Assembly (NCBI GenBank): GCA_024639505.1
Contig: JAHEIE010000019.1
Coordinates: 4,056 to 68,055, forward strand
Direction: 5' to 3'
Source: Crocinitomicaceae bacterium
GTDB taxonomy: Bacteria; Bacteroidota; Bacteroidia; Flavobacteriales_D; CAJJDF01
DNA length: 64,000 nt
Both the position numbers and the translations under genes were made by a program. Below the pieces are notes generated by a model. That model worked only from the letters and a program-made list of their open reading frames with translations. It did not search any database and had not been told where the DNA came from. Numbering within the stretch: position 1 is the first letter of the stretch; every line of letters begins with the position of its first letter. Shown here piece by piece: positions 46,760-56,747 of this stretch.

Positions 46760-49423
46760 ATGAAAAAAACCTTGTTCATACTGGGATTTATAATTCCTTT
46801 TTTGAGTCTTTCTCAAAATAATGCCGCTATAAAAGGAACTTTAATCAATGAAATTGGTTATGTCGTTTCGGACGCTAACATTTCTGTTGTTGGTTCATCA
46901 ACTGGCGTAACAACTGATTCATTGGGGAAATTCAAATTATCTGTACCTTCTGGTTCTATTAAAATAAAAATCTCTCACTCCTCTTACCAACAAAAAAATG
47001 TAAAGTATTTCCTGAATCCGGGAGAAACAAAGACGATTTATCCTGTTTTTAAATTCCGAGTTTTACCAGAATATACTGTTGTAACTAAAAGCACAGACGA
47101 AACAATGCTCACCTTAATAAAGGTAGACGACCAATTGTTTCCTACTCCTAGCGGAAATTTTGAAGCAAGGCTATCCAGTGAAATAGGTGTAGCGATGAAC
47201 AACGAACTTAGTTCTGGCTACAATGTCAGAGGAGGGAATTTTGAAGAAAATCTAATTTATGTAAACGACATCGAAATTTACCGTCCATTTTTGGCAAGCA
47301 GCGGTCAACAAGAAGGACTCAGTTTTATAAACTCCAGCATGGTAGATGACATTCAGTTTTCGGCAGGTGGTTTTCAATCGCGCTATGGCGACAAGTTGTC
47401 TTCAGTTTTGGATGTTACCTACAAAAAACCAACTAAATTTGGAGGATCTGCATACTTAAGTTTATTGGGAGCAAACGTGCATTTGGAGGGGATTTCTAAA
47501 AATCAATTGTGGACTCACAACACAGGCGCAAGATTCAGAAGCAATAGGTATTTGTTGGGAGCTTTGGATACTCAAGGAGAATACCAGCCCTTATTTGGAG
47601 ATTTTCAAACCTATATTACCTACACTCCTTCCGAAAATTGGGAACATTCATTTTTGGGAAATTACGCATTAAACCGTTACAAGGTAGTTCCTGAAAACCG
47701 CGAAACCAGCTTTGGCTCCATCAATCAAGCACTCCGCTTTACAGTCTATTTCGATGGAAGTGAAATTACTCAATTTCAAACATTTACAGGTGCTTTTGCT
47801 AGTAAATACAAACCCAATGATTCTACTGAGTTGAAATTTATCGCTTCGGCTTTCAACACCTACCAAGAAGAATTATATGACGTAGAAGGACAATATTTTT
47901 TGGATGAATTAGAAAGAGATCCCGGTCAAGCAGACTTTGGAGAAGTAGCCTTTAATTTGGGAGTTGGCGGATTCCTACGACATGCCAGAAATACATTGGA
48001 CGCAACAGTTACTACCTTGGCTCACAAAGGAAGTCGCAGGTACAGAAAAAACCATCTTCAATGGGGAGTAAAAGCACAATATGATGTAATAAATGACAAA
48101 CTAAAGGAGTGGAGCTTTACCGATTCGGCAGGATTTATAGCACCCAGACCTTCAGATTCAGTTGGATACACAGATTCAAGTGCGCAACCCTATCAATATC
48201 TTAATTTAGAAAACTCAGTGAGGTCCAAAAATAAAGTAGAAACTGGGAGATTTTCTGGTTACGTTCAAAACACATGGACTCGAACGAAAAAAACTCAAAA
48301 AAAATTCTTCTATGTTAAGAAATTATCAGATTCCACAACTCAATCTCAAGATTCGACTCTTCCAGGATACAAGCAACTTATTTTTACTGCAGGAATCCGA
48401 GCAAACTATTGGACATTTAATCAAGAGTTGGTAGTAAGCCCTAGAACCTCTTTTAAATACCGACCGCTGATTTACTTTCAAGACGATTCTGGCAGAATAA
48501 AAAGAAGAGACATTGCATTAAGAGCTGCTATTGGAGTGTATCAACAACCTCCTTTTTACAGAGAATACAGAAGAATGGACGGAACTCTAAACAATGAAAT
48601 ACAAGCACAACGTTCTCTTCATTTCGTATTGGGTGGCGATTATGTTTTTAATGCTTGGGAAAAAGATTTCAAACTGACATCTGAGGTATATTACAAATTG
48701 ATGGACCGAGTTATTCCATATGATGTTGACAATGTGAGAATCAGGTATTATGCCGAAAATAATGCAAAAGCTTATTCCACTGGATTAGATTTAAAACTGA
48801 ACGGAAAATTTATTCAAGATTTAGAATCTTGGGCAACACTATCTATTATGTCAACCAAAATTGACATTAAAGATGACGTTCATTATACTTATTTCAATGC
48901 TTCTGGCGAAACAATAATTCCTGGATTCACAAATGATGACACCAAAGTAGATTCAGCAGCATTTTACCCAGGATACATACCAAGACCCACAGATCAGCGT
49001 ATGTCATTTGGGCTCTCTTTCCAAGATAAGATGCCAGCTACTTGGAATACAGAAACAGTAAAATGGGATAAATTTAAAGTTAATTTAAGTTTCGTGTACA
49101 ATACCGGATTCCCCTATTTGAAAAAGACACAGCTTGTAGATCCTTTTTATGCTGATGCCTCAAATATTCCCAGAACCCCGAGGTATTTAAGAGTAGACAT
49201 TGGTTTTGTTAAGGATTTTGTTTCGAAAGAATACCCTGCAAGAGAAGGAAGCACTTGGTCAAATTTTGAGCAAATCTCTATGAGTCTGGAGATTTTTAAT
49301 TTACTTGGAGTTGACAATACGGTATCTTACAATTTTGTAGAAGCAACAAACGGAAGACAATATGCTATTCCGAATAGACTTACATCAAGAATCATAAATT
49401 TAAAATTAATAGCGAAGTTTTGA
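46760..49423 (+). CDS. TonB-dependent receptor-like outer-membrane beta-barrel with N-terminal CarboxypepD_reg domain
   Basis: Signal peptide, IKGTLINEIGYVVSDANISV, plug-like VRGGNFEENLIYVNDIEIYRP ... QFSAGGFQSRYGDKLSSVLDV, and a C-terminal F. Confidence 0.75.
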   Translation: MKKTLFILGFIIPFLSLSQNNAAIKGTLINEIGYVVSDANISVVGSSTGVTTDSLGKFKLSVPSGSIKIKISHSSYQQKNVKYFLNPGETKTIYPVFKFRVLPEYTVVTKSTDETMLTLIKVDDQLFPTPSGNFEARLSSEIGVAMNNELSSGYNVRGGNFEENLIYVNDIEIYRPFLASSGQQEGLSFINSSMVDDIQFSAGGFQSRYGDKLSSVLDVTYKKPTKFGGSAYLSLLGANVHLEGISKNQLWTHNTGARFRSNRYLLGALDTQGEYQPLFGDFQTYITYTPSENWEHSFLGNYALNRYKVVPENRETSFGSINQALRFTVYFDGSEITQFQTFTGAFASKYKPNDSTELKFIASAFNTYQEELYDVEGQYFLDELERDPGQADFGEVAFNLGVGGFLRHARNTLDATVTTLAHKGSRRYRKNHLQWGVKAQYDVINDKLKEWSFTDSAGFIAPRPSDSVGYTDSSAQPYQYLNLENSVRSKNKVETGRFSGYVQNTWTRTKKTQKKFFYVKKLSDSTTQSQDSTLPGYKQLIFTAGIRANYWTFNQELVVSPRTSFKYRPLIYFQDDSGRIKRRDIALRAAIGVYQQPPFYREYRRMDGTLNNEIQAQRSLHFVLGGDYVFNAWEKDFKLTSEVYYKLMDRVIPYDVDNVRIRYYAENNAKAYSTGLDLKLNGKFIQDLESWATLSIMSTKIDIKDDVHYTYFNASGETIIPGFTNDDTKVDSAAFYPGYIPRPTDQRMSFGLSFQDKMPATWNTETVKWDKFKVNLSFVYNTGFPYLKKTQLVDPFYADASNIPRTPRYLRVDIGFVKDFVSKEYPAREGSTWSNFEQISMSLEIFNLLGVDNTVSYNFVEATNGRQYAIPNRLTSRIINLKLIAKF

Positions 49424-49538
49424 CAAAAAGTTAAACCTATATTCTATTCTAACAGCTGAATAAACGGCTTTTTAATTTTTAAAAAAGAAAATTATTGTTA
49501 TTTTCGTCAGTATTACTCAAAAAAGAAAAATTCATTCT

Positions 49539-51596
49539 ATGAAGAAAATTAATATCCTACTTGCTCTATTGTTGATGCTATCATTTAGCTTGACAGCACA
49601 AAAAAAAGAGGACAAGTACTTTAGTAAAAACACAAAATTAGCCGAAAAATCTTTCAATGAATCGAAGTACTTTGACGCTATCATGTTGTTTGACAAGGCT
49701 TATCCAAAAGCAAAAGGAACAAAAGAGAAAGGATTTATCACTTACCACATTGCTGTTGCGAGCCAATACATTGGAGACAACAAAAAAGCCAAAGAAAATT
49801 ACGAGAGAGCTCTTCGTTTTAAGTACGAAAAAGAAGAACCAGACTTGTATGTAAGACTTGCGCAAATGCAAATGCAAGATGCTGAGTACAAAGAAGCAAA
49901 GCGAAATTTCGAAATGGCAATAAAAAAGAATCCAGATGATGAGATGGCTATAAAAGGATTAAAAGCTGTTGACAACGTTAACGATATACTGGCAAACCCA
50001 ACAAAACACAAAGTTCAGGCTGTAAAAGAATTGAACTCTGAAAACTACGACTGGTCTATTTCTCAGTTTGATAAAAGAGGAGAAGAATTCATCTTTTCTT
50101 CTACAAGAAAAGCGTCTGTTGGAAACGTAAATGACATAGTTGCCAATGAAGAATATGCAGATTTGTGGGTAACAAGAGCTGACAGAAACGGAAACTTTGG
50201 AGAGCCGAAATCTGTAGGAGAAAACATCAATACGAAAGATCACGAAGCATCTGCTGTAATGTACAACGGAAGCAACAGCATTATGTTTACAAGATGTAAG
50301 AAAGAAAAAAACACAGTAAGTGGATGTCAAATATACACTGCTGACAAAAAAGGAAAAAATTGGAGCGACCCAATTCGTATTCCTTTGACAGATTCTCTTG
50401 GATTCTCAAATGGGCACCCAGCCACGGATAGAAAAGGTACGTTTATCGTATTTTCTTCGGATATGCCTGGCGGAAGAGGAGGAAAAGATTTATGGATTTC
50501 TGAGTTCAATAAAAGAACTAAAGAATGGGGTGTTGCAGAAAATTTAGGAACTGCAATCAATACTGCGGGTGACGAAAAATTCCCAACAATAGGACCAGAT
50601 GGATCACTTTTTTTCTCATCTAATGGTTTGCCAGGAATTGGTGGGTTGGATATTTTTAAGGCAACTAAAATAGGAACCTCAAACAAATGGACACGTCCAG
50701 AGAACATGGGTACTCCTATCAATTCATCTAAAGATGATCATGGAATTATTTTTAACAAAAATAGCGAAAACTCGGGTTATTTCTCTTCTAGTAGATTAGG
50801 AAGAAATGAAATGGATCAAAAATCAGACATTTTTAAATTTGATTTACCAGAATGTGCATTGACCATTAAAGGGAGAGTGAGAGATCAAGACACAAAAGAA
50901 CCATTGGCTGGTGCTACTGTTATTCTTACTGGGTCGGATGGTTCTACTGCTACAATCAAAACAGACTCTGAAGGAAACTTCGAATTTGGAAAAAGAGGAA
51001 CTGGAAGATATGTAAATAAAGATGTGAACTATACACTTGAGTATTCTCACAAAAATGAAAAGAAATTTTGGTTGACAAGAAAATCTAAGAGAACAACGGT
51101 AGGTGATTATTGCAACGAAACATTTTATGAAGATGTTGAATTGGTATGTGCAATTGGATGTAAGCCAATTATTATGCCTGAAGTTCAGTACCCATTAGGA
51201 AAAGCAACATTACTTGTTAACGAGGCTGTAAACTCGGGAGATTCATTGTTATTCCTTTACGATATAATGATTGACAATCCTACGATTAAAGTTCAATTAG
51301 AGTCTCACACGGATTGTAGAGATTCTGATCAAAGAAACCTAGAGTTATCACAGAGAAGAGCACAAACTTGTGTAGACTTCTTAATCTCTAAAGGAATTGA
51401 CAGAAGTAGATTGGTAGCAAAAGGATTTGGTGAATCTCAACCAAGAACTATCACTGAAGCAGGAGTAGACAAAACTTTGGAGTGTGATATGATTAATGGG
51501 TTGAAAACTTCAAATAAAGAATTGTTTGAAAAATACCATCAATTAAATAGAAGAACTTCATTCTCTGTAATAGAAGAAGAAACTGAAGAAAAATAA
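49539..51596 (+). CDS. Second PorE-like OmpA-family protein (TPR + beta-propeller + CarboxypepD_reg + OmpA_C)
   Basis: Same four-domain order as 24898-26895: GGLDIFKATK, IKGRVRDQDTKEPLAGATVIL, and LESHTDCRDSDQRNLELSQRRAQ...NRRTSFSV. Confidence 0.75.
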   Translation: MKKINILLALLLMLSFSLTAQKKEDKYFSKNTKLAEKSFNESKYFDAIMLFDKAYPKAKGTKEKGFITYHIAVASQYIGDNKKAKENYERALRFKYEKEEPDLYVRLAQMQMQDAEYKEAKRNFEMAIKKNPDDEMAIKGLKAVDNVNDILANPTKHKVQAVKELNSENYDWSISQFDKRGEEFIFSSTRKASVGNVNDIVANEEYADLWVTRADRNGNFGEPKSVGENINTKDHEASAVMYNGSNSIMFTRCKKEKNTVSGCQIYTADKKGKNWSDPIRIPLTDSLGFSNGHPATDRKGTFIVFSSDMPGGRGGKDLWISEFNKRTKEWGVAENLGTAINTAGDEKFPTIGPDGSLFFSSNGLPGIGGLDIFKATKIGTSNKWTRPENMGTPINSSKDDHGIIFNKNSENSGYFSSSRLGRNEMDQKSDIFKFDLPECALTIKGRVRDQDTKEPLAGATVILTGSDGSTATIKTDSEGNFEFGKRGTGRYVNKDVNYTLEYSHKNEKKFWLTRKSKRTTVGDYCNETFYEDVELVCAIGCKPIIMPEVQYPLGKATLLVNEAVNSGDSLLFLYDIMIDNPTIKVQLESHTDCRDSDQRNLELSQRRAQTCVDFLISKGIDRSRLVAKGFGESQPRTITEAGVDKTLECDMINGLKTSNKELFEKYHQLNRRTSFSVIEEETEEK

Positions 51597-51614
51597 AAAC
51601 ATTAATTTATATCA

Positions 51615-51648
51615 AAAGCACTCTAAGAAATTGGGGTGCTTTTTTTTT
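51615..51648 (+). terminator. Rho-independent terminator after the PorE-like paralog
   Basis: Stem AGCACTC/GGGGTGCT followed by a T9 run. Confidence 0.75.
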
Positions 51649-51684
51649 AACCAAAAGTAAGAAAAGGAATCTCTGAATTATCCT

Positions 51685-51692
51685 TACTTTTG
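51685..51692 (+). promoter_or_regulatory. -7 box TACTTTTG upstream of the purM-like gene, embedded in an inverted repeat
   Basis: Matches TAnnTTTG, 33 nt upstream of ATG 51725. Confidence 0.45.
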
Positions 51693-51724
51693 CTGAACCA
51701 AACAAAACTTTAAAAAAACCGTTT

Positions 51725-52921
51725 ATGTCAGACGTAAAATACAACCAACGAGGAGTTTCAGCATCCAAAGAAGATGTTCATGCTGCGATTAAAAACATAG
51801 ACAAAGGAGTATTTTCCAATGCTTTTTGCAAAGTAGTACCCGATCATTTAGGCAATGATGACGACTATTGTATCGTAATGCATGCCGATGGAGCAGGAAC
51901 CAAATCATCTTTGGCTTACATGTATTGGAAAGAAACGGGCGATGTATCTGTATGGAAAGGCATTGCACAAGACGCATTGATAATGAATCTTGACGACTTA
52001 CTTTGTATTGGCGCAACTGACAATATTTTACTTTCTTCTACCATTGGAAGAAACAAAAACTTAATAACAGGAGAAGTTCTTTCTGCTATCATAAATGGCA
52101 CAGAAGATTTACTTGCCGACCTCAGAAAATGGGGAATAAACATTTACTCTACCGGAGGAGAAACTGCAGATGTTGGCGATTTGGTGAGAACTATTATCGT
52201 GGATTCTACAGTAACTTGTAGAATGAAAAAATCTGATGTGATTGAAAACAACATTCAACCAGGAAATGTAATTATTGGGCTTTCTTCATCTGGTCAAGCA
52301 ACCTACGAAACTGAGTACAATGGAGGAATGGGAAGTAATGGATTGACTTCGGCACGTCACGATGTGTTCCACAATTATTTGGCAAAAAAATACCCAGAAA
52401 GTTTCGACCCACAAGTGCCAGAAAACTTGGTGTATGTAGGAAATAAAAAACTAACTGACTCGGTTGAAAACAGTCCCATTGATGCAGGTAAATTGGTGCT
52501 TTCTCCAACGAGAACTTACGCTCCAATTATCAAAAAAATATTAGACTCTCACCGAAATCAAATCAATGGAATGATTCATTGTAGTGGTGGGGCACAAACC
52601 AAAGTATTGCACTTTTGCGATAACGTGCACGTGGTGAAAGACAGCATGTTTGAATTGCCTCCACTGTTCAAGCTTATTCAGGAGGAATCTGGAACAAGCT
52701 GGAAAGAAATGTACAAAGTATTCAATATGGGACACAGAATGGAATTGTATGTTCCAGAAGAAATTGCACAATCTATCATTGATATCTCTAGTTCATTTGG
52801 TGTAGACGCACAAATAATTGGAAGAGTTGAGGGGTTCGATAAAACTCACCCAACCAACTCAAACGGTAACTCGAAGCAACTGACTATAAAGTCGGAGTTT
52901 GGGGAGTTTGTTTACAATTAA
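51725..52921 (+). CDS. AIR synthase-related protein (PurM-like phosphoribosylformylglycinamidine cyclo-ligase)
   Basis: HADGAGTKS and GGETAD motifs of the PurM/AIRS fold, in the long (398 aa) Bacteroidota-type form. Confidence 0.75.
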   Translation: MSDVKYNQRGVSASKEDVHAAIKNIDKGVFSNAFCKVVPDHLGNDDDYCIVMHADGAGTKSSLAYMYWKETGDVSVWKGIAQDALIMNLDDLLCIGATDNILLSSTIGRNKNLITGEVLSAIINGTEDLLADLRKWGINIYSTGGETADVGDLVRTIIVDSTVTCRMKKSDVIENNIQPGNVIIGLSSSGQATYETEYNGGMGSNGLTSARHDVFHNYLAKKYPESFDPQVPENLVYVGNKKLTDSVENSPIDAGKLVLSPTRTYAPIIKKILDSHRNQINGMIHCSGGAQTKVLHFCDNVHVVKDSMFELPPLFKLIQEESGTSWKEMYKVFNMGHRMELYVPEEIAQSIIDISSSFGVDAQIIGRVEGFDKTHPTNSNGNSKQLTIKSEFGEFVYN

Positions 52922-53077
52922 TTCCTATCCCTAGCCTTTCCAGCTTGTCCTCGATAAAACTGGAAAGAGAAAGGAATAGCAAGAGCATAGAAAATAGTTG
53001 CAGAAAAAACAATAATATTGACTCATTACACCTTCCCTGAGGGAAAGTTGGAATGGGAAACTAAATACTAAAATAAA

Positions 53078-54160
53078 ATGTCGAACATAATAGGGAAATT
53101 AGAGCTTATAAAAGAAAGGTGGGAAGAGATTGGAAAAAAAATAATTGATCCTGAAATTATTTCTGACATGAAGCAATACGTGAAACTTACCAAAGAATAC
53201 AAAGATTTGGAAGACGTAGTAAAAGCTTTGGATAAATTAAAAAGCTTGAACTCGAACATTGCTTCGAACAAGGAAATAATTAAGACAGAAACAGATTCTG
53301 ATTTTGTGGAAATGGCTAAGGAGGAATTATCGGATTGTGAGAGCCAACTAGAGGCACTTAACGAAGAAATAAAAGTCCTGCTTATTCCTAAAGATCCAGA
53401 AGATGGTAAAAATGTAGTGGTGGAGATAAGAGCTGGAGCTGGTGGAGATGAAGCCAGTATTTTTGCTGGAGATTTGCACAGAATGTACACGAAATACGCA
53501 GCAACAAAAGGCTGGCAAGTTTCTGTGGTAGATACAGCCGATGGAACAAATGGCGGCTACAAAGAGATTATATTTGAAATCTCCGGAGCAGATGTCTACG
53601 GTGAAATGAAATATGAATCTGGAGTGCACAGGGTTCAAAGAGTTCCTCAAACTGAAACCCAAGGTAGAGTTCACACATCTGCTGCCTCCGTTATTGTATT
53701 GCCCGAAGCAGAAGAGTTTGATATAGAAATCAAAAAAGCTGACTTGAGAGTGGATTCTTATTGCTCATCTGGACCAGGAGGACAATCAGTAAACACAACC
53801 TACTCTGCCATTCGTTTAACTCACATTCCTACAGGAGTTGTGGCTCAATGTCAGGATCAAAAATCGAAATTGAAAAACTACGACAAAGCCTTGTCTGTAT
53901 TAAGATCTAGAGTATACGAGATTGAGCTGAACAAAAAATTAGAAAATGATGCGACTACCAGAAAATCATTAGTTTCTTCGAGCGACCGTTCGGCAAAAAT
54001 TAGAACCTACAATTACCCTCAAGGGAGAGTTACTGATCATAGAATAAACTTGACTTTGTACAACTTGTCAAACATCATTGATGGAGACATTGCAGAAATT
54101 TCGGAATCACTGAAAATGGCTGACAATGCCGAAAGGATGAAAGAAGGAACGGAGGTATAG
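53078..54160 (+). CDS. prfA: Peptide chain release factor 1
   Basis: GGQSVNTT (GGQ) and the RF1-type tripeptide region [14 protein letters not shown] (P-x-T). Confidence 0.95.
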   Translation: MSNIIGKLELIKERWEEIGKKIIDPEIISDMKQYVKLTKEYKDLEDVVKALDKLKSLNSNIASNKEIIKTETDSDFVEMAKEELSDCESQLEALNEEIKVLLIPKDPEDGKNVVVEIRAGAGGDEASIFAGDLHRMYTKYAATKGWQVSVVDTADGTNGGYKEIIFEISGADVYGEMKYESGVHRVQRVPQTETQGRVHTSAASVIVLPEAEEFDIEIKKADLRVDSYCSSGPGGQSVNTTYSAIRLTHIPTGVVAQCQDQKSKLKNYDKALSVLRSRVYEIELNKKLENDATTRKSLVSSSDRSAKIRTYNYPQGRVTDHRINLTLYNLSNIIDGDIAEISESLKMADNAERMKEGTEV

Positions 54161-54215
54161 TTCTCGATACTTTTTATTCCGAGAAAAACCTGCAACAAGA
54201 TTAAAGACTAAAAAA

Positions 54216-55022
54216 ATGAACTACCAAGAATTAGTAACTCAAATAAAAAACAAAAAATCCTTCTTATGTGTGGGATTGGATACTGATTTGGAAAAAATCC
54301 CTTCTCATTTATTGGGATTGGAAGATCCTATTTTTGAATTCAACAAACAAATAATTGATGCTACCAAAGAGTTTTGTGTTGCCTACAAGCCAAATATTGC
54401 GTTTTATGAAATGTTAGGAGCAAAAGGATGGGTAAGCTTAAAAAAGACTATTGACTACATCCCAGAAACTCATTTTACCATTGCAGATGCCAAAAGAGGC
54501 GACATTGGGAATACTAGCTTGTATTACGCCAATACATTTTTTGATACTTACAATTTTGATTCGGTAACGGTTGCTCCATACATGGGAAGTGATTCAGTAA
54601 TTCCGTATTTACAACACCAAGACAAATGGGCTATTTTATTGGCTTTGACTTCTAACAAAGGAGCAGATGATTTTGAATTACAAAAATTGGAAAGCGGAGA
54701 ATATGTGTTCGAAAAAGTACTTTCTACCTCTAAGGAATGGGGAACCGAACAAAATATGATGTATGTAGTGGGAGCTACTCGCCCAGCAATGTTAGCAGAA
54801 ATTCGTAAAATTGTACCCAATCATTTTCTTTTAGTTCCTGGAGTTGGAGCGCAAGGAGGAAGCTTATCCGAAGTAGTAAAATACGGAATGAATGAAGACT
54901 GCGGATTACTTGTGAACTCTTCCCGAGGAATAATTTACGCAGGAAATGGAACTGACTTTGCTACCCAAGCTGGTGAAAAAGCAAAAGAAATACAGCAAGA
55001 AATGGCAAGTTTAATGTCTTAA
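54216..55022 (+). CDS. pyrF: Orotidine-5'-phosphate decarboxylase (type 2)
   Basis: LCVGLDTD and [11 protein letters not shown] motifs. Confidence 0.9.
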   Translation: MNYQELVTQIKNKKSFLCVGLDTDLEKIPSHLLGLEDPIFEFNKQIIDATKEFCVAYKPNIAFYEMLGAKGWVSLKKTIDYIPETHFTIADAKRGDIGNTSLYYANTFFDTYNFDSVTVAPYMGSDSVIPYLQHQDKWAILLALTSNKGADDFELQKLESGEYVFEKVLSTSKEWGTEQNMMYVVGATRPAMLAEIRKIVPNHFLLVPGVGAQGGSLSEVVKYGMNEDCGLLVNSSRGIIYAGNGTDFATQAGEKAKEIQQEMASLMS

Positions 55023-55034
55023 AAATTAAGAATT

Positions 55035-56210
55035 ATGAATATTATTTTATTTGATGGAATTTACCATAAGAACTTATTGCCACTCACCTACACTCGCCCA
55101 GTTTGTGAGCTGAGAATTGGTATAATGACAATAAAAGAAAAGTGGGAACACTATATTGAAAACCCAATTCAAGTAAAAACACAAGATTATTTGTCCAAAA
55201 AATTTGGTTCCCCAACCGAAGAAAACTCCATTGGAATTAATGGATCTATTCTTCCTTCGGATGACTTGATGAGTAGTCTTTTGGAACTTAAAAACAAACA
55301 AATTCTTACCTCCAAAGGGAAAATAATTGCTGTAAACCCATTGCCGCTGAATTCAGAAAATATTGAAGAAGCATTGAGCGAATATAAAATGGTAGAAACC
55401 AAAGCTGAATTTTTACAGATTGAAAATATCTGGGATTTATTCAGATTGAATGATGCTGCTATCAGATCAGACATTGAATCAATAAAATCAGAAAAAACAT
55501 TTGTAAAACCTTCGGACACCAATCAAATATTGGGGGAAGAAATTTACATTGAAGAAGGAGCTAAAGTAGAATGCGCTATTCTGAATACCACCTCTGGTCC
55601 TATTTATATTGCCAAAGGTGCCGAAGTAATGGAAGGAAGTATTCTTCGCGGACCAATTGCTATTTGTGAGAATGGAGTTGTGAAAATGGGTGCAAAAATT
55701 TATGGAGCAACCACTATTGGCCCTTATTCGAAAGTAGGTGGTGAAGTAAACAATTGCATGATTCAGGGATATTCTAACAAAGGTCACGATGGTTTTTTAG
55801 GGAATGCTGTACTCGGAGAATGGTGTAATTTAGGAGCAGACACAAATAACTCCAACCTCAAAAACAATTACCAATCGGTAGACATCTACAATTATTCAGA
55901 AGAAAAATATGTAGACACAGAACTCCAGTTTTGCGGATTAATTATGGGAGACCATTCAAAATCGGCAATTAACACCATGTTCAATACAGGAACGGTTGTG
56001 GGAGTAAGTGCAAATATTTATGGAGCCGATTTTCCTTCTAAATTTATTCCTTCCTATTCTTGGGGTGGTAGAAAACCATTGGAATATAAGTTTGAAAAGG
56101 CCATGGATACAGCCAAGCGTGTAATGGAAAGAAGAAACATTTCTCTGACAGAGGAAGATTTAGAAATCCTAAAAACGGTGTATGACCTAAGTCAAAAATT
56201 CAGAAAATAA
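55035..56210 (+). CDS. Putative sugar nucleotidyltransferase with a C-terminal hexapeptide beta-helix (GlmU-family-like)
   Basis: N-terminal LFDGIYHKNLLPLTYTRPVCELRIG (NTP_transf-like) and C-terminal LbH repeats. Confidence 0.65.
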   Translation: MNIILFDGIYHKNLLPLTYTRPVCELRIGIMTIKEKWEHYIENPIQVKTQDYLSKKFGSPTEENSIGINGSILPSDDLMSSLLELKNKQILTSKGKIIAVNPLPLNSENIEEALSEYKMVETKAEFLQIENIWDLFRLNDAAIRSDIESIKSEKTFVKPSDTNQILGEEIYIEEGAKVECAILNTTSGPIYIAKGAEVMEGSILRGPIAICENGVVKMGAKIYGATTIGPYSKVGGEVNNCMIQGYSNKGHDGFLGNAVLGEWCNLGADTNNSNLKNNYQSVDIYNYSEEKYVDTELQFCGLIMGDHSKSAINTMFNTGTVVGVSANIYGADFPSKFIPSYSWGGRKPLEYKFEKAMDTAKRVMERRNISLTEEDLEILKTVYDLSQKFRK

Positions 56211-56481
56211 AACAACACCCTCTTTTTAGCTTCAGCTAAAAAAAAGACAATCATTTTTTTAATGCATTTGACTTTTCATTTTTACGAAATGACACATCCC
56301 TTTTATTGCCATTTTTTTTGCAAATGATGGAATTTGAACTTCAATATCGATAGAAGCCAATTCAAATGACATAGTTGCAGTTACTATAAGCTATTTACGA
56401 GTTCGAATTAATGTTCTAACAGATTAACTTTCAGTACATCATATTGCTTAAGAGAGCCTTAAATTTTAAAGATAAAAGTAG

Positions 56482-56489
56482 TATATTTG
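56482..56489 (+). promoter_or_regulatory. -7 box TATATTTG upstream of the orphan signal-peptide mini-ORF
   Basis: Perfect TAnnTTTG match, 48 nt upstream of ATG 56537. Confidence 0.4.
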
Positions 56490-56536
56490 TTGAATATTAA
56501 TATTAATATTATTTGAACCGGAATTCATTAACTATT

Positions 56537-56617
56537 ATGAAGGCATTAATTACATTTCTATTTCTTTTTTTAACATCTACTTTTTTAGCTCAAACGCTTA
56601 CTATTTCTTCAATATAA
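56537..56617 (+). pseudogene. 26-codon ORF encoding only a signal-peptide-like sequence (MKALITFLFLFLTSTFLAQTLTISSI*); a possible 5' remnant of a secreted-protein gene
   Basis: Hand translation. The shape is typical of Bacteroidota signal peptides (ending ...FLAQ). A stop follows, then the terminator and tRNA. Confidence 0.35.
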
Positions 56618-56620
56618 ACG

Positions 56621-56655
56621 AAAAAAAGCCAATCATTTATATGATTGGCTTTTTT
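56621..56655. terminator. Bidirectional rho-independent terminator (serves tRNA-fMet on the minus strand)
   Basis: Stem GCCAATCAT/ATGATTGGC with a TTAT loop, flanked by an A7 run and a T6 run. Confidence 0.8.
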
Positions 56656-56660
56656 GATAG

Positions 56661-56733
<73 letters not shown>

Positions 56734-56747
56734 ATGTATCTTAAATA

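Noticed and set aside
53068-53490. 140-aa minus-strand ORF
   Set aside because: It lies entirely antisense to the well-supported prfA gene. Its composition is low-complexity and Ser/Ile/Phe-rich, typical of the shadow frame of an AT-rich gene.
56399-56410. GAGTTCGAAT resembling the tRNA T-loop, considered as a possible att-site duplicate of the tRNA-fMet 3' end
   Set aside because: Only about 8 nt are similar, and it lies in the opposite orientation to the tRNA. That is too short to support an integration scar.
56493-56513. Short tandem ATTAAT/TATTAA repeats (gaatattaatattaatattatt)
   Set aside because: This is about three copies of a 6-mer in AT-rich promoter-proximal DNA. It is low-complexity sequence, not a CRISPR or a meaningful satellite.
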